Below are positions 10,188 to 20,168 of a DNA stretch of 64,000 nucleotides, piece by piece. The notes beneath the pieces are model-generated. The model was not told where the DNA came from. It did not search any database and worked only from the letters and a program-made list of their open reading frames with translations. The stretch spans positions 64,001 through 128,000 of the forward strand of contig JBBRLI010000006.1 of NCBI GenBank assembly GCA_038231455.1, written 5' to 3'. Positions within the stretch are counted from its first letter, which is position 1. Every line of letters starts with the position of its first letter. The translations under genes and the position numbers were made by a program. The DNA is from Vulcanimicrobiales bacterium (lineage in GTDB: Bacteria > Vulcanimicrobiota > Vulcanimicrobiia > Vulcanimicrobiales > Vulcanimicrobiaceae).

Positions 10188-11027
10188 CTAGTGAGCGAGT
10201 TGGTCCAGCATCGCCGGGATCGCTGCAAGCTCCGCAGCGGTTGCGGGGCGCACCGTGCGTGGTTGCACGGCCATCGTCTGGCGCTTCACATCGAACGCCG
10301 TTGCGGCGTTGACGCTAAACGATGAGATGTTGAGGAGCGTTCCGCTGATGGTAAGATTTGCAAATCCGACTCCGCGTGCAAAACCGAACCCGAAGCTACT
10401 CGTACTCTGCGTTAGCACTTCTTGCGCCACGTTGTTGATCGTCGTATTCGCACCGAGGGTCTGCGTACCGCCGACCGATGTGATATTCGATGTCGCCGGA
10501 TATGCCGACGAACCCGCGCCCGCGGCAAAGCCGAACGATTCACCGGCCGTCGGCGCATCGTCGATAACGACGACGCCCGGGACCTTCCCGTCGAGTGAAT
10601 ACTCCAAGGTCAGAACCGTGTTGCCGCCGTCTTGTGAGAGGCCGGTGAAATACGTTACCGCATGTCCCGCATAGGTGCCGCTCGGGTAGCTGCCTTTGGA
10701 GTAGTAGAAGATCCCGGATTGCACGCCGGCCGGCGAGTACAAGCCGATGCCTTCGGTTTTTATGCCTTGGATCGCGCAGCCATTGCACGAAAGACTGATC
10801 GAACCGAGATCCCGCATCGTACCGCCGCTGGTGTACGTCCACGTATTCCCCGCGGTGAGCGGCAAGTATTGGGTTGCGGACGTATTCGCTACCGTGTTCG
10901 GCGGCGCGGTCGGCGTGGAGACCGGCGAACTTCCACCGCCGCCGCCGCCGCATGCCGTGAGCGGAACGAACAAAGCGAAAGCAGCACCCATCAAAGCGCG
11001 ACGCGCCAGGATTGAAATTTTTGTCAC
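10188..11027 (-). CDS. Lipoprotein, hypothetical
   Basis: Lipobox LTAC followed by poly-Gly; YLPLTAGNTWTY motif. Confidence 0.75.
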   Translation of the reverse strand: MTKISILARRALMGAAFALFVPLTACGGGGGGSSPVSTPTAPPNTVANTSATQYLPLTAGNTWTYTSGGTMRDLGSISLSCNGCAIQGIKTEGIGLYSPAGVQSGIFYYSKGSYPSGTYAGHAVTYFTGLSQDGGNTVLTLEYSLDGKVPGVVVIDDAPTAGESFGFAAGAGSSAYPATSNITSVGGTQTLGANTTINNVAQEVLTQSTSSFGFGFARGVGFANLTISGTLLNISSFSVNAATAFDVKRQTMAVQPRTVRPATAAELAAIPAMLDQLAH

Positions 11028-11141
11028 CCGAGTACACCCCTATGCGTGCGGCCACGTGCAAAAGGCACGGAGCCAGTATTGAGTTGTCGTTCGCCACGGA
11101 ACCGGAGCGAATCTCTTTCGAGCCGCATCGGTTTCTCGTAG

Positions 11142-11960
11142 ATGGTGCCTGAATTACCGGAAGTCGAGACGATCGCGCGTGGACTCGCAAACAACATCGT
11201 CGGCAAGACGATCGAGACCGCCGAGGTCTTCATGTTGAAGATCGTCGTCCATCCGCCGGGGCAGAGTTTGAACGACCACCTCGCCGGCGAGACAATCGCC
11301 GCCGTCGGTCGGCGCGCGAAATTCGTCGTTATGACGCTCGTGTCGGGTCGTAAAATTACGGTTCATTTGCGAATGACCGGTCGCTTGATCGTCCAGCCTG
11401 CGGGCACCCGGGAACCCGAGCCGTACACCCACGTTTTACTCACGTTTACCGACGAAACGCGCCTGTGCTTTGCCGATATGCGGCAGTTTGGGCGGATGCG
11501 GCTCTTAGAGCGGGGCGATCCGTGGGACGCGGACGGTGGGATCGAGCCCCTTTCCGAGGGGTTTACCTCGGAACGGTTTGTGAGTATGCTGGACGGACGC
11601 AGGACTCCCATCAAAAGCTTTTTGCTCGATCAAAAGCAGATCGCTGGGATTGGGAACATCTATGCGTGTGAAGCGCTCTGGGCGGCGGGGATTCGTCCCA
11701 CCCGGCCAGCGCACAAACTCACCAAACCGGCTCGCCGGCGTCTCCACGAAGCCTTACGCACCGTTCTGTCCGTGGCATGTGAAATGCGCGGAACGAGCGT
11801 CGACGACTATGTCGATGCCGAGGGCCTCAAAGGGGGCTTCCAAAACGTCTTAACCGTCTATGGCCGCCTTGGCGAGCCATGTCCACGCTGCGGGCAACCA
11901 ATCGTGCGGACGGTCCTCGGACAACGCGGAACCTGGTGGTGCCGCGGATGCCAAAAATAA
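11142..11960 (+). CDS. mutM: Formamidopyrimidine-DNA glycosylase
   Basis: N-terminal PELPEVET, HLRMTG, GIGNIYACE, C-terminal CPRCG...CRGCQ zinc finger. Confidence 0.97.
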   Translation: MVPELPEVETIARGLANNIVGKTIETAEVFMLKIVVHPPGQSLNDHLAGETIAAVGRRAKFVVMTLVSGRKITVHLRMTGRLIVQPAGTREPEPYTHVLLTFTDETRLCFADMRQFGRMRLLERGDPWDADGGIEPLSEGFTSERFVSMLDGRRTPIKSFLLDQKQIAGIGNIYACEALWAAGIRPTRPAHKLTKPARRRLHEALRTVLSVACEMRGTSVDDYVDAEGLKGGFQNVLTVYGRLGEPCPRCGQPIVRTVLGQRGTWWCRGCQK

Positions 11961-11988
11961 CAAGAATCACTCGGGCTACTTTTGTCCC

Positions 11989-12091
11989 CTTCGGACCCCC
12001 TCGCGAGCGATCGTGAAGCCGAATTGGACCCGGGCCCAGAGTTTGGGGGACTTGCGTGAACCCACGCAAGTGGTCCGTCGCTCATCCGAAG
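11989..12091 (+). promoter_or_regulatory. Structured 5' leader of rpsA
   Basis: Nested complementary segments CTTCGGA/TCCGAAG, GAGCGA/TCGCTC, GGACC/GGTCC, ACTTGCGTG/CACGCAAGT. Confidence 0.5.
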
Positions 12092-12092
12092 C

Positions 12093-13298
12093 ATGCGACT
12101 TCATCGAACGACGCGACCGATTTATGAGGAAACACTTATCACTACCGAATTAGCGCCTGCCCCGGTCATCGAAGAAGAAGAAGACCAGCTCGCTCTCGAG
12201 CAGCGCCTCTACGAAGAGAGCCTCAAAGTTCTCGACGAAGGCCAGGTCCTGACCGGCGTCATCGTCGCAAAATACCAAGACGAATTGCTCGTCGACATCG
12301 GCGGCAAGTCCGAAGGTACGCTTCCCTTCCGCGAGCTGTCGCTTGCGATCGAACCAAAAGAACTCAAAGTCGGTGACACCCTCGAAGTCATGATCCACCG
12401 GATCGATGACCAAGATGGTTCCTTATTCCTGAGCGAACGCCGCGCGCGCGCACTCAAGACGTGGGAAAAAGTTATCGCAGCGCACGACAACGATGAAGTG
12501 ATCGAAGCAACGGTCACGCAAGTCGTCAAGGGCGGCGTTCTGGTCGACCTCGGCATGCGCGGCTTCGTCCCCGCATCGCAGATCCGTCGTCAGCCCGTCG
12601 GCAACCTCGACGAACTCGTCGGCAAACGTCTGCGCCTCAAAGTGATCGACCTCGATCACAAACGCCATCGGGTCGTGCTCTCGCAGCGCCAAGTTCTGGA
12701 AGAAGAACTCAACCAGAAGAAACAGGAACTGCTCGGCACCCTGACCGTCGGTCAGATCCGCGAAGGCGTCGTCGTTCGTCTTGCAGAGTTCGGCGCATTC
12801 GTCGACCTCGGCGGCATCGACGGCCTCATCCACAACAGCGAACTCTCGTACGCCCGCATCAAGCACCCCTCAGAGGTGGTGAAGATCGGCGACGTCGTCT
12901 CGGTCGAAGTGATGAAGTTCGATCCCGACGCGAAGAAAGTTTCGCTCTCGCTCAAGCACGCGTTGCCCGACCCGTGGGTCGAGCACGCCGACAAGCTGTT
13001 CGAATCGAACAAGCTCGTCGCGCAAATCGTCAAAGTCACCCCGAACTATCTTCTGGTCGAGATCGTCCCCGGTGTGCTCGCGATGGTGCCCAAAGGCGAA
13101 TTCGATCCGGCCAAGCAGTATAGCCCCGGCGAAGAAGTCGACGTTACGCTGCTCACGATCAATCAGGGAACGCGCCGTATCACCGGCTCGATCCAACACG
13201 TCGCGGACGTTGCGCCCGAAGAACTCGATTACGTTGCCGAAGAACTCGGCGGCGGATTCGGAACCCTCGGCGCGGAGTTGGCAGCTCAGAACGTCTAA
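12093..13298 (+). CDS. rpsA: 30S ribosomal protein S1 (short 4-domain type); start may be ATC at 12138
   Basis: S1 repeats: [48 protein letters not shown]. Confidence 0.93.
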   Translation: MRLHRTTRPIYEETLITTELAPAPVIEEEEDQLALEQRLYEESLKVLDEGQVLTGVIVAKYQDELLVDIGGKSEGTLPFRELSLAIEPKELKVGDTLEVMIHRIDDQDGSLFLSERRARALKTWEKVIAAHDNDEVIEATVTQVVKGGVLVDLGMRGFVPASQIRRQPVGNLDELVGKRLRLKVIDLDHKRHRVVLSQRQVLEEELNQKKQELLGTLTVGQIREGVVVRLAEFGAFVDLGGIDGLIHNSELSYARIKHPSEVVKIGDVVSVEVMKFDPDAKKVSLSLKHALPDPWVEHADKLFESNKLVAQIVKVTPNYLLVEIVPGVLAMVPKGEFDPAKQYSPGEEVDVTLLTINQGTRRITGSIQHVADVAPEELDYVAEELGGGFGTLGAELAAQNV

Positions 13299-13299
13299 G

Positions 13300-13905
13300 C
13301 TGCGCGTCGGTCTCACCGGCGGAATAGGTTCGGGGAAGAACGCGGTCGCCGCGTTCTTTTCTGATTCTGGCGCCACCATCATCGACGCCGACGCGCTCGC
13401 GCGCGATGTCGTCGCGCCCGGGACCGGCGGTCTTACCGAAATCGCGCGCTTCTGGCCGCAGACCATCGTCGAGGGCGCGCTCGATCGGGCGAAACTCTCG
13501 GCGGTCGTTTTTTCCGATCCACATGCACGCGAGACGCTTGAGGCAATCGTGCATCCGCGCGTCCGCGCTCGCGCCGCCGACCTCGAGGCGCAAGCGCCTT
13601 CGAACAGCATCGTCGTGCACATGATCCCGCTACTCTTCGAGGGCGACTACTGGCGGGAGTGTGATGTGAACGTGCTGGTGTATGCGCCAATCGAAGATCG
13701 GATTGCGCGCGTGATGAAACGCGACGGCCTCTCGCGGGCCGAGATTGAAGCGCGCATGGTGGCGCAAATCGATCAAGAGAAAGCCCGGAAGATGGCCGAT
13801 TACGTGATCGAAAACGACGAGGATCTCGCGACGCTCATTCAGCGCGCGGCCGACGTGCTCGGGGCGCTTTCGATGTTCCGTCAGAAACCGGGCGAACGCA
13901 ACTGA
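13300..13905 (+). CDS. coaE: Dephospho-CoA kinase
   Basis: RVGLTGGIGSGK P-loop, IDADALAR, IVHPRV, IPLLFE; probable CTG start just after the rpsA stop. Confidence 0.93.
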   Translation: MRVGLTGGIGSGKNAVAAFFSDSGATIIDADALARDVVAPGTGGLTEIARFWPQTIVEGALDRAKLSAVVFSDPHARETLEAIVHPRVRARAADLEAQAPSNSIVVHMIPLLFEGDYWRECDVNVLVYAPIEDRIARVMKRDGLSRAEIEARMVAQIDQEKARKMADYVIENDEDLATLIQRAADVLGALSMFRQKPGERN

Positions 13906-13918
13906 AGGCATCCCTTGC

Positions 13919-14584
13919 ATGGTCCCTTTCGCGACGCTCGAAGAGAGCCGCATGATCGCGCGGGAGTCGATAGAGCTCAACGTTTTCGAGACGGCCTATT
14001 CGCTGAAGTTTCCCGAGCGGGCGCCCGGGCATCTCGATGAATTTAAACACATGCTGCCGCCGGGACCCGACGCTGCGGGTGTGCCGATTCACGTCGAACC
14101 GCAAGGTCGGCAAGAATGGGTGCTCGTCGTTAATGGACTCGTGCCGGACGGGGCGCCCGAGAGCGAACTCGCCGTCGTCGCGTTGCCGCGCACCGATACG
14201 TTTCTCGTCGCGGCGCGCGGCGGTGAAGCGTACGGCGTGTACGTCGATCGTCCCGGCCAGTATTTGCCGCTGACCAAAGGCGTCACCGGCATTCGGCCGA
14301 TGCGCAGCCGCGAGTGCGTGCTCTTCACGACGACGGCCGGTGTTGAGTGTTGGGCGCGCACCGGTAAACGCTGGTCGGTCCCATTCAAAGGCTTCCCCGA
14401 TATCCGCATTGTCGATGCGACGCAGGCCGACGTCGTCGTCTACGGACACGACACGACCCGCTCGAATACGCCGGTGTGGTATGCAATCGGCATCAGCGAC
14501 GGGCGTTCCAAGCCCATCAATCCGCTGCCCGATATCAAAACCGATGGGCTGCCGTTCCTCGATAAGCGGAACGCCCTCAACTAG
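13919..14584 (+). CDS. Hypothetical protein
   Basis: 221-aa ORF co-oriented with coaE. Confidence 0.65.
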   Translation: MVPFATLEESRMIARESIELNVFETAYSLKFPERAPGHLDEFKHMLPPGPDAAGVPIHVEPQGRQEWVLVVNGLVPDGAPESELAVVALPRTDTFLVAARGGEAYGVYVDRPGQYLPLTKGVTGIRPMRSRECVLFTTTAGVECWARTGKRWSVPFKGFPDIRIVDATQADVVVYGHDTTRSNTPVWYAIGISDGRSKPINPLPDIKTDGLPFLDKRNALN

Positions 14585-14628
14585 AGAGACGAAGCGGAAG
14601 TGGCGGAGTGCATCGCGTAGACGCGCCG

Positions 14629-16354
14629 ATGATCATACGCCGTCTCGCCGCCATCGTTGCCGCCATGCTAGTTGCATCGTCGCCTCGCACCGGCGCGAGC
14701 CGCGACGCCTCTTGCGGAACTTGAGTCGCAGTACTATCGCGCACGATGGGCGATGGAACCGACGAGCGCGACCGGGGCCGGGATTCATGATTTCGATGCG
14801 CAGCTGGCGGACTACAGCGCGCAAGGCTATGCGCAACGAACGGCGTTCGCGCACAGCTGGCTAAAGCGGTTGAGCGGCTTGAACGAAGCAACGTTTGCAG
14901 CCGACGATCGGTATGACATCGCGATTTGGAAAGGTTCGCTCGAGCGCGATCTGATGGACCTCGAAGAATCACAGACGTGGCGCCACAACCCCGCATCGTA
15001 CACAAGCGCTGCATCGTACGCGATTTACGGCCTTTTCTCGCGAGACTTTGCGCCGCTCGCCGATCGCATGCGGTCGGCTCTGGCGCGCGAACGCGCGATC
15101 CCGGCGATGCTCGCCGCTGCTGCGACCAACGTGACGACGGTCGACCCGATCACGGCGAAACTCGCCGCTGCAAACATGCGCGGTACGTTGAGGTTTTTCC
15201 GCGATACCGTTCCAGCGGCGTTTGCCGACGTGAAGGACGATACGCTGCAAGCGCAATTCAAACCCGTTAACGATGCGGTCGTCGCTTCGGTCCAGAAGTA
15301 CATCGACGCGGAGACCGCAGGCTCCCTCGCGCATCCGAGCGGCACGTTCGCGATTGGCGCCGATCAGTTCGCCCGTCGTCTTGCCCTGCAAGAAGGTCGC
15401 GCGCTACCGCTTGCGACCTACGAGCGCGTCGGAATCGCGGCGCTCACGGCGACGAAAGATCAGTTCATCGCGCTCGCAAAGCAAATCGATCCGAGCAAAA
15501 CTCCGCAAGAAGTCGCCGATGCACTTGGTGCCGATCATCCCGCCGCAGACGATCTCGTCGGGACGGCACAGCGCGAAATCGCTACCTTGCGCGCGTTCGT
15601 CCAAGCAAAGCATCTCGTTACGCTGCCCACGGAAAACAACGTCCTCGTTCGTGAGACGCCGATCTTCAATCGCGAAACGTCGTTTGCATCGATGAACACG
15701 CCGGGCGCGTTCGAGAAGAACGCGACCCAAGCGTACTACTACGTTACGCCGGTCGATCCGACGTGGACCGCCTCGCAGACCGCATCGCATCTGGGCTTCT
15801 TCAACAACTATGCATTCCCGATCGTCACCGCGCACGAAGTGATGCCGGGACACTACATCAACTTCGTCTTGGACAAAACGCAAGGTCTCTCGATGGTACG
15901 CGCGCTCTCGGGCAACCCGTCGTATAGCGAAGGTTGGGCGCACTACTGCGAGCAGATGATGGTCGACGATGGCTGGGGCAACGGCGATCCGAAAGTGCGA
16001 CTCTCGCAACTCCAACAAGCTTTGCAGCGCGAAGCCCGATATATCATTGGCTTACGCGAGCACACGCAAGGCATGACGGTCGAGCAAGCCGCGGCGTTCT
16101 TTCACGAGAGCACGTTCTATGGCGAGGCTCCCTCACAGCGCGAAGCGCTGCGCGGAACGCAAGATCCGCTCTACGGCTACTACACGCTGGGAAAACTGGA
16201 GATCCTCAAACTGCGCGCGGACTATCAAAAGAAATTGGGCGCGGCATATACGCTCCAAGGCTTCCACGACGCGTTCCTCGCGCACGGCAACCCGCCGATC
16301 GGCATCATGCGCCAAATTCTCCTTGGCAAAGACGACGACGGAGCGTTACTCTAG
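14629..16354 (+). CDS. DUF885 family protein; apparent +1 frameshift in signal peptide (main ORF 14672..16354)
   Basis: AHEVMPGHY, SEGWAHYCE, YYTLGKLEILKLR, FHDAFL; signal peptide MIIRRLAAIVAAMLVASS lies in another frame. Confidence 0.85.
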
Positions 16355-16458
16355 CCGCTTTATTGGATTTTCGTTGCTCGCGTTATGTCACTATCCTGAC
16401 TCGCAGAGAGAGGAGCTTGCGGGAGTGAAATGCGGACCGCTGCGACGAGAAGTGACCG

Positions 16459-17205
16459 CTACGGCGTGGGCGTGGCCGTGGGCGTTGGCTCCGGCGTTTC
16501 GTCCGGGTCGCGTAGCGGCATGAAGCGCGCGACGGAAAACTGCGTGCCCAGCTCGTTGATGTCGACGTAGCCGTGGACGGCGTAAATGCCGACGGCGCCG
16601 ATGCCGAGTGCGCGTGAGAGGTGGATTGCGCCCGTGCCATCGGAGAGGGTGGTGATCCCCTTCGCTACCGACGGCGTGCCGACGATCGTTGCGATCGTGC
16701 CGTTCTTTGCCTTGAGTGCGCGGTCGATCGGCAGTGGCGGTGCGTAGACGAGCGTTCGATCCACAATCGGCGAGAACGTTTTTCCGAGCATCACAACGTG
16801 AACGGTGTACGATCCGCTCGCGAGCGCATGACGGTCGTTGGTCGTTCCTTCGAGCACATAGTTGGCGAGTTGATACACGCCCGGGGCAACCGAAATCGTG
16901 CGGCCGATTTCGATCGGTTTGTGCTCGAATGCGGACGACCAGAGCACGTGGTCTTGCTCGCGAATTTCAAGCAGAAACGTTTCCGCGTTCGCGAAGGCGA
17001 CATCGATTGATTTGAGCGAGCGGTTACGAATCCCGATGCGCACCGTCACCGGCGAGAGCACATCGATCGGCCCGTTCGGCACGAGCACGATTTCGGGGGA
17101 AAGCAACGGGGTGATATTTGGCGGGTGCGGCGCGGTTGTCGCGCGCGCGGTTACGCCGAGCGACGAGGCAAGCGAACCGAGAAGAAACGTCGCGCGATCG
17201 ATCAT
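16459..17205 (-). CDS. Exported protein with BsuPI-like domain (Tat-like signal)
   Basis: MIDRATFLLG N-terminus; N...IDVAF....F.LEI...LWSS pattern; PT tail. Confidence 0.55.
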   Translation of the reverse strand: MIDRATFLLGSLASSLGVTARATTAPHPPNITPLLSPEIVLVPNGPIDVLSPVTVRIGIRNRSLKSIDVAFANAETFLLEIREQDHVLWSSAFEHKPIEIGRTISVAPGVYQLANYVLEGTTNDRHALASGSYTVHVVMLGKTFSPIVDRTLVYAPPLPIDRALKAKNGTIATIVGTPSVAKGITTLSDGTGAIHLSRALGIGAVGIYAVHGYVDINELGTQFSVARFMPLRDPDETPEPTPTATPTP

Positions 17206-17217
17206 GTTCGTTTTATC

Positions 17218-17880
17218 TTACTCGCGTTTGCATGCGAAGGGAAATGCACGCGGCTGAACGAGCGTGATCGTTCGCTGTGCGACGCGGAGTAATCCGACAT
17301 CGGCGAGGACGCTGAGTTCCTTCGTGAGTGTCTCGCGGCTGGTGCCGATTAGGTCGGCGAGGTCTTTATGCGTGAGATTGAGTGCGATGCGAAGCGTCCC
17401 GTCGGGCTCTTCGACGCCGTGTTCGCCAGCAAGCTTGCCAAGGACGTCGACGAGACGGCCGGGCACACTCTTGCCGGCGAGTTCCGTGAGTTCTTGTTCG
17501 GCGCTGGTGAGCCGACGGGCGATTCCGCGCGCAAAGGCGCGTGCGATGATGGCATCGGATCGCAGGAGTTTCTCGAACGGGGCGGCAGGGATCGTCGCTA
17601 CGTCACTTGCTTCGATCGCGATTGCGCTTGTCGCGCGGCGCTGCGGATCGCTCATCCAGGTGAGTTCGCCGAAAATATCGCCGGCGCTGCGAATCCCGAC
17701 GATCGCCTCCGAACCGGTAGCCGACGTGCGCACGATTTTCACGCGTCCCGCGATCACGAAGTGTACGCCTTCGGCTTTATCGTCGGAGGCATACAATGTC
17801 TCGCCGCGTGCGATTTTGCGCGAACGGGACAGTGCGACGATCTCGGCGCGCTGCATCTCGGGAAGATCGCTGAGATTCAT
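17218..17880 (-). CDS. Crp/Fnr family transcriptional regulator
   Basis: cNMP domain GDIFGE..RRATSA; HTH LTHKDLADLIGTSRETLTKEL; ATG at 17880. Confidence 0.92.
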   Translation of the reverse strand: MNLSDLPEMQRAEIVALSRSRKIARGETLYASDDKAEGVHFVIAGRVKIVRTSATGSEAIVGIRSAGDIFGELTWMSDPQRRATSAIAIEASDVATIPAAPFEKLLRSDAIIARAFARGIARRLTSAEQELTELAGKSVPGRLVDVLGKLAGEHGVEEPDGTLRIALNLTHKDLADLIGTSRETLTKELSVLADVGLLRVAQRTITLVQPRAFPFACKRE

Positions 17881-19469
17881 CCGCCGCCTCGTAGTGCGCG
17901 CCCCGGTCGCGCTCGCGTCGCTTCGCCGTTCCGAACGACGGCTTGCCCATTGACGAACACATCCCGAATCCCCGTCGGGCGCGCATACGGCCGTTCGTAA
18001 GTCGCGGTGTCGCGCACGGTCAGCGGATCGAAAACGACGAGGTCGGCGTATGCACCGACGGCGATCGTCCCGCGGTCGCGCAGTCCAAAGATCTGCGCGG
18101 GGAGTGCGGTCATCCGGCGCACCGCTTCTTCGAGTGCGAAGGTGCGGCGCTCGCGCACGTAGCGACCGAAGACGCGCGGGAAGCAACCGTACGTGCGCGG
18201 GTGCGGGACACCGCGTGCCGTTATGCCCTCGAAGGCACGAGCCGATGCATCGCTGCCGATACAGGTAAACTCCGCACCCATCACGGTTGCGACATCATCT
18301 TCACTCATCGTGAAGAACGCACACTGCACGTCGAGGTCTTCCTCATCGAGCAGTCGCAGCGCGGCGCGCGCGGGAGAGAGCCGCCACTGCTCGGCGATTT
18401 CATCGATACGCATTCCGGCGACCCAAGCGTTGCGTTCGGATGCGACATCGGTCACGAGAATGTCGTGCCAAGTATCGCCGCCGGAAAGATTGCGCTGCAG
18501 GTTGAGTCCGAGCATCACGGAGACGGCGATTTCGGGATCGCGCAGGCGCTCGAGCGTTGCCGCCGTTCCGCCGCTTCGTATTGCATCCGGCAAAATGGTG
18601 GCAAGCTCGGTCCAACTCGCAACGTACGGATACACATCGGTATGCACGGACATCCCGCGCGCACGCGCACGGTCGATCAGTTCGAGCGATTGGTGTACTT
18701 TGCCCCAATTCTTGCGACCTGCGGCTTTGTGATGCGAACATTGCACCGCAACGTCTGCACCCTCCCCGATTGCAAGCGCCTCTTCGACCGCTTCGATCAA
18801 ATCATCACCTTCGTTACGAATATGCGAGGCGTACAGCGGTTTGCCGGCTTCGCGCGCCGCACGCGCACAAGCGATGAGTTCGGCACGATCGGCATACCGG
18901 CCGGGTTCGTAAATGAGGCCGCTCGAAATGCCGAGCGCACCTTGCTCGACGCTCTCGTAGATGAGGCGTGTGAGCGCCCGGAGTTCGAAGTCCTCGAGCC
19001 GTCGGTCGTCGGGACCGCTGATTACCGCGCGTGCGCTGCCAAGACCGATAAGCGTGGCAACGTTGAGCGCGACGCCGTTCTTCTCAACGAGCTCGAAGAA
19101 TTCGTGCAAGTCGGACCAGTCGACGTCCGCGCGGTACGTTTTCATTTCCGCACGCGCTTTTTCTAGTGCCAACCCGCCTAGGGGAGCAACCGACGTGCCG
19201 CAGTTGCCGCCAATGTCCGTTGTCACACCTTGATAAATTTTGCCTAAAGCACGCCCATCGATGAGCCAAAGTCCATCAGAGTGGGAATGAACGTCGATAT
19301 AACCCGGTGAGACGGCAAGCCCCGAACACGCGATACGCTCCACGGCATCGCGCTCGCGAGCATCACCGATGTGCACGATTCGATCGCCCGCAAGCGCGAT
19401 ATCGGTCACAAACGGTGCACTACCGCTTCCGTCATAAATCGCTGCAGATTCAAAAATAGTCGTTAACAA
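17877..19469 (-). CDS. N-acyl-D-amino-acid deacylase (amidohydrolase)
   Basis: PGYIDVHSHSD, GNCG, SHIRNE, PHPRTYGCFPR, ADLVVFD. Confidence 0.9.
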   Translation of the reverse strand: MLTTIFESAAIYDGSGSAPFVTDIALAGDRIVHIGDARERDAVERIACSGLAVSPGYIDVHSHSDGLWLIDGRALGKIYQGVTTDIGGNCGTSVAPLGGLALEKARAEMKTYRADVDWSDLHEFFELVEKNGVALNVATLIGLGSARAVISGPDDRRLEDFELRALTRLIYESVEQGALGISSGLIYEPGRYADRAELIACARAAREAGKPLYASHIRNEGDDLIEAVEEALAIGEGADVAVQCSHHKAAGRKNWGKVHQSLELIDRARARGMSVHTDVYPYVASWTELATILPDAIRSGGTAATLERLRDPEIAVSVMLGLNLQRNLSGGDTWHDILVTDVASERNAWVAGMRIDEIAEQWRLSPARAALRLLDEEDLDVQCAFFTMSEDDVATVMGAEFTCIGSDASARAFEGITARGVPHPRTYGCFPRVFGRYVRERRTFALEEAVRRMTALPAQIFGLRDRGTIAVGAYADLVVFDPLTVRDTATYERPYARPTGIRDVFVNGQAVVRNGEATRARPGRALRGGG

Positions 19470-19473
19470 CCGA

Positions 19474-19498
19474 GTTTAACCTAGTCCTGCCAGGGTAC
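19474..19498 (+). promoter_or_regulatory. SigB/SigF-type general-stress promoter
   Basis: GTTTAA-N13-GGGTAC, 46 nt upstream of the KGG stress genes. Confidence 0.7.
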
Positions 19499-19544
19499 GA
19501 ACGTACCGATGGCCCGATAGCTCGAAGGGGGTTCGTACCAAGCC

Positions 19545-19775
19545 ATGTCAACAGAAGATAAAGCCACAGTCAATACCGGCGGCATGAGTGTCCGCGAAGC
19601 CGGCAAGCGCGGCGGCGATCGCGTCAAAGCCAAATACGGTTCGGAGTTTTACGAAACGATCGGACGTAAAGGCGGAGAAGCGACCAAAGAAAAGTATGGC
19701 CCGTCGTTTTACGAAGAGATCGGCCAAAAAGGCGGCCAAAAACTGAAACGTCCGGCCGGAGAGCCCACGAAGTAA
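19545..19775 (+). CDS. KGG-repeat general stress protein (GsiB/Em-like)
   Basis: MSVREAGKRGG and FYE.IG.KGG repeats. Confidence 0.9.
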   Translation: MSTEDKATVNTGGMSVREAGKRGGDRVKAKYGSEFYETIGRKGGEATKEKYGPSFYEEIGQKGGQKLKRPAGEPTK

Positions 19776-19778
19776 GGG

Positions 19779-20168
19779 ATGGCAGATTCGAAGAAACCAG
19801 CCACCGCACGCAAGGCGGCCGCGGGCGTCGCTGCGCCCCCGGCCAAAGATGGCGTCGCTAAAGAACCCGGTGGGGAAATGTCGGTACGCGAAGCCGGCAA
19901 AAAAGGCGGCGACACGGTCCGTGACCGTTATGGTTCCGGTTTCTACGAAGAGATTGGCCGCAAGGGCGGTCAGGCGACGCGCGAGCGTCACGGCGCCGAG
20001 TTCTACGAAGCAATCGGTCAAAAAGGCGGCAAGGTCGTCAAAGAAAAATATGGCGCCGACTTCTACGAGCAAATCGGACACAAGGGTGGACAGAAGGTCA
20101 AGAAGCTGATCGCCGACGCGAAAAAAAGCGCGGCCGAGGCGGAAGCAAAAGCCAAACAAAAAGACTAG
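19779..20168 (+). CDS. KGG-repeat general stress protein (GsiB/Em-like)
   Basis: MSVREAGKKGG plus three FYExIGxKGG repeats. Confidence 0.9.
   Translation: MADSKKPATARKAAAGVAAPPAKDGVAKEPGGEMSVREAGKKGGDTVRDRYGSGFYEEIGRKGGQATRERHGAEFYEAIGQKGGKVVKEKYGADFYEQIGHKGGQKVKKLIADAKKSAAEAEAKAKQKD

Noticed and set aside
19545-20168. About 60-bp periodic DNA repeats as a CRISPR or non-coding array
   Set aside because: They are degenerate coding repeats of KGG proteins with no spacer structure
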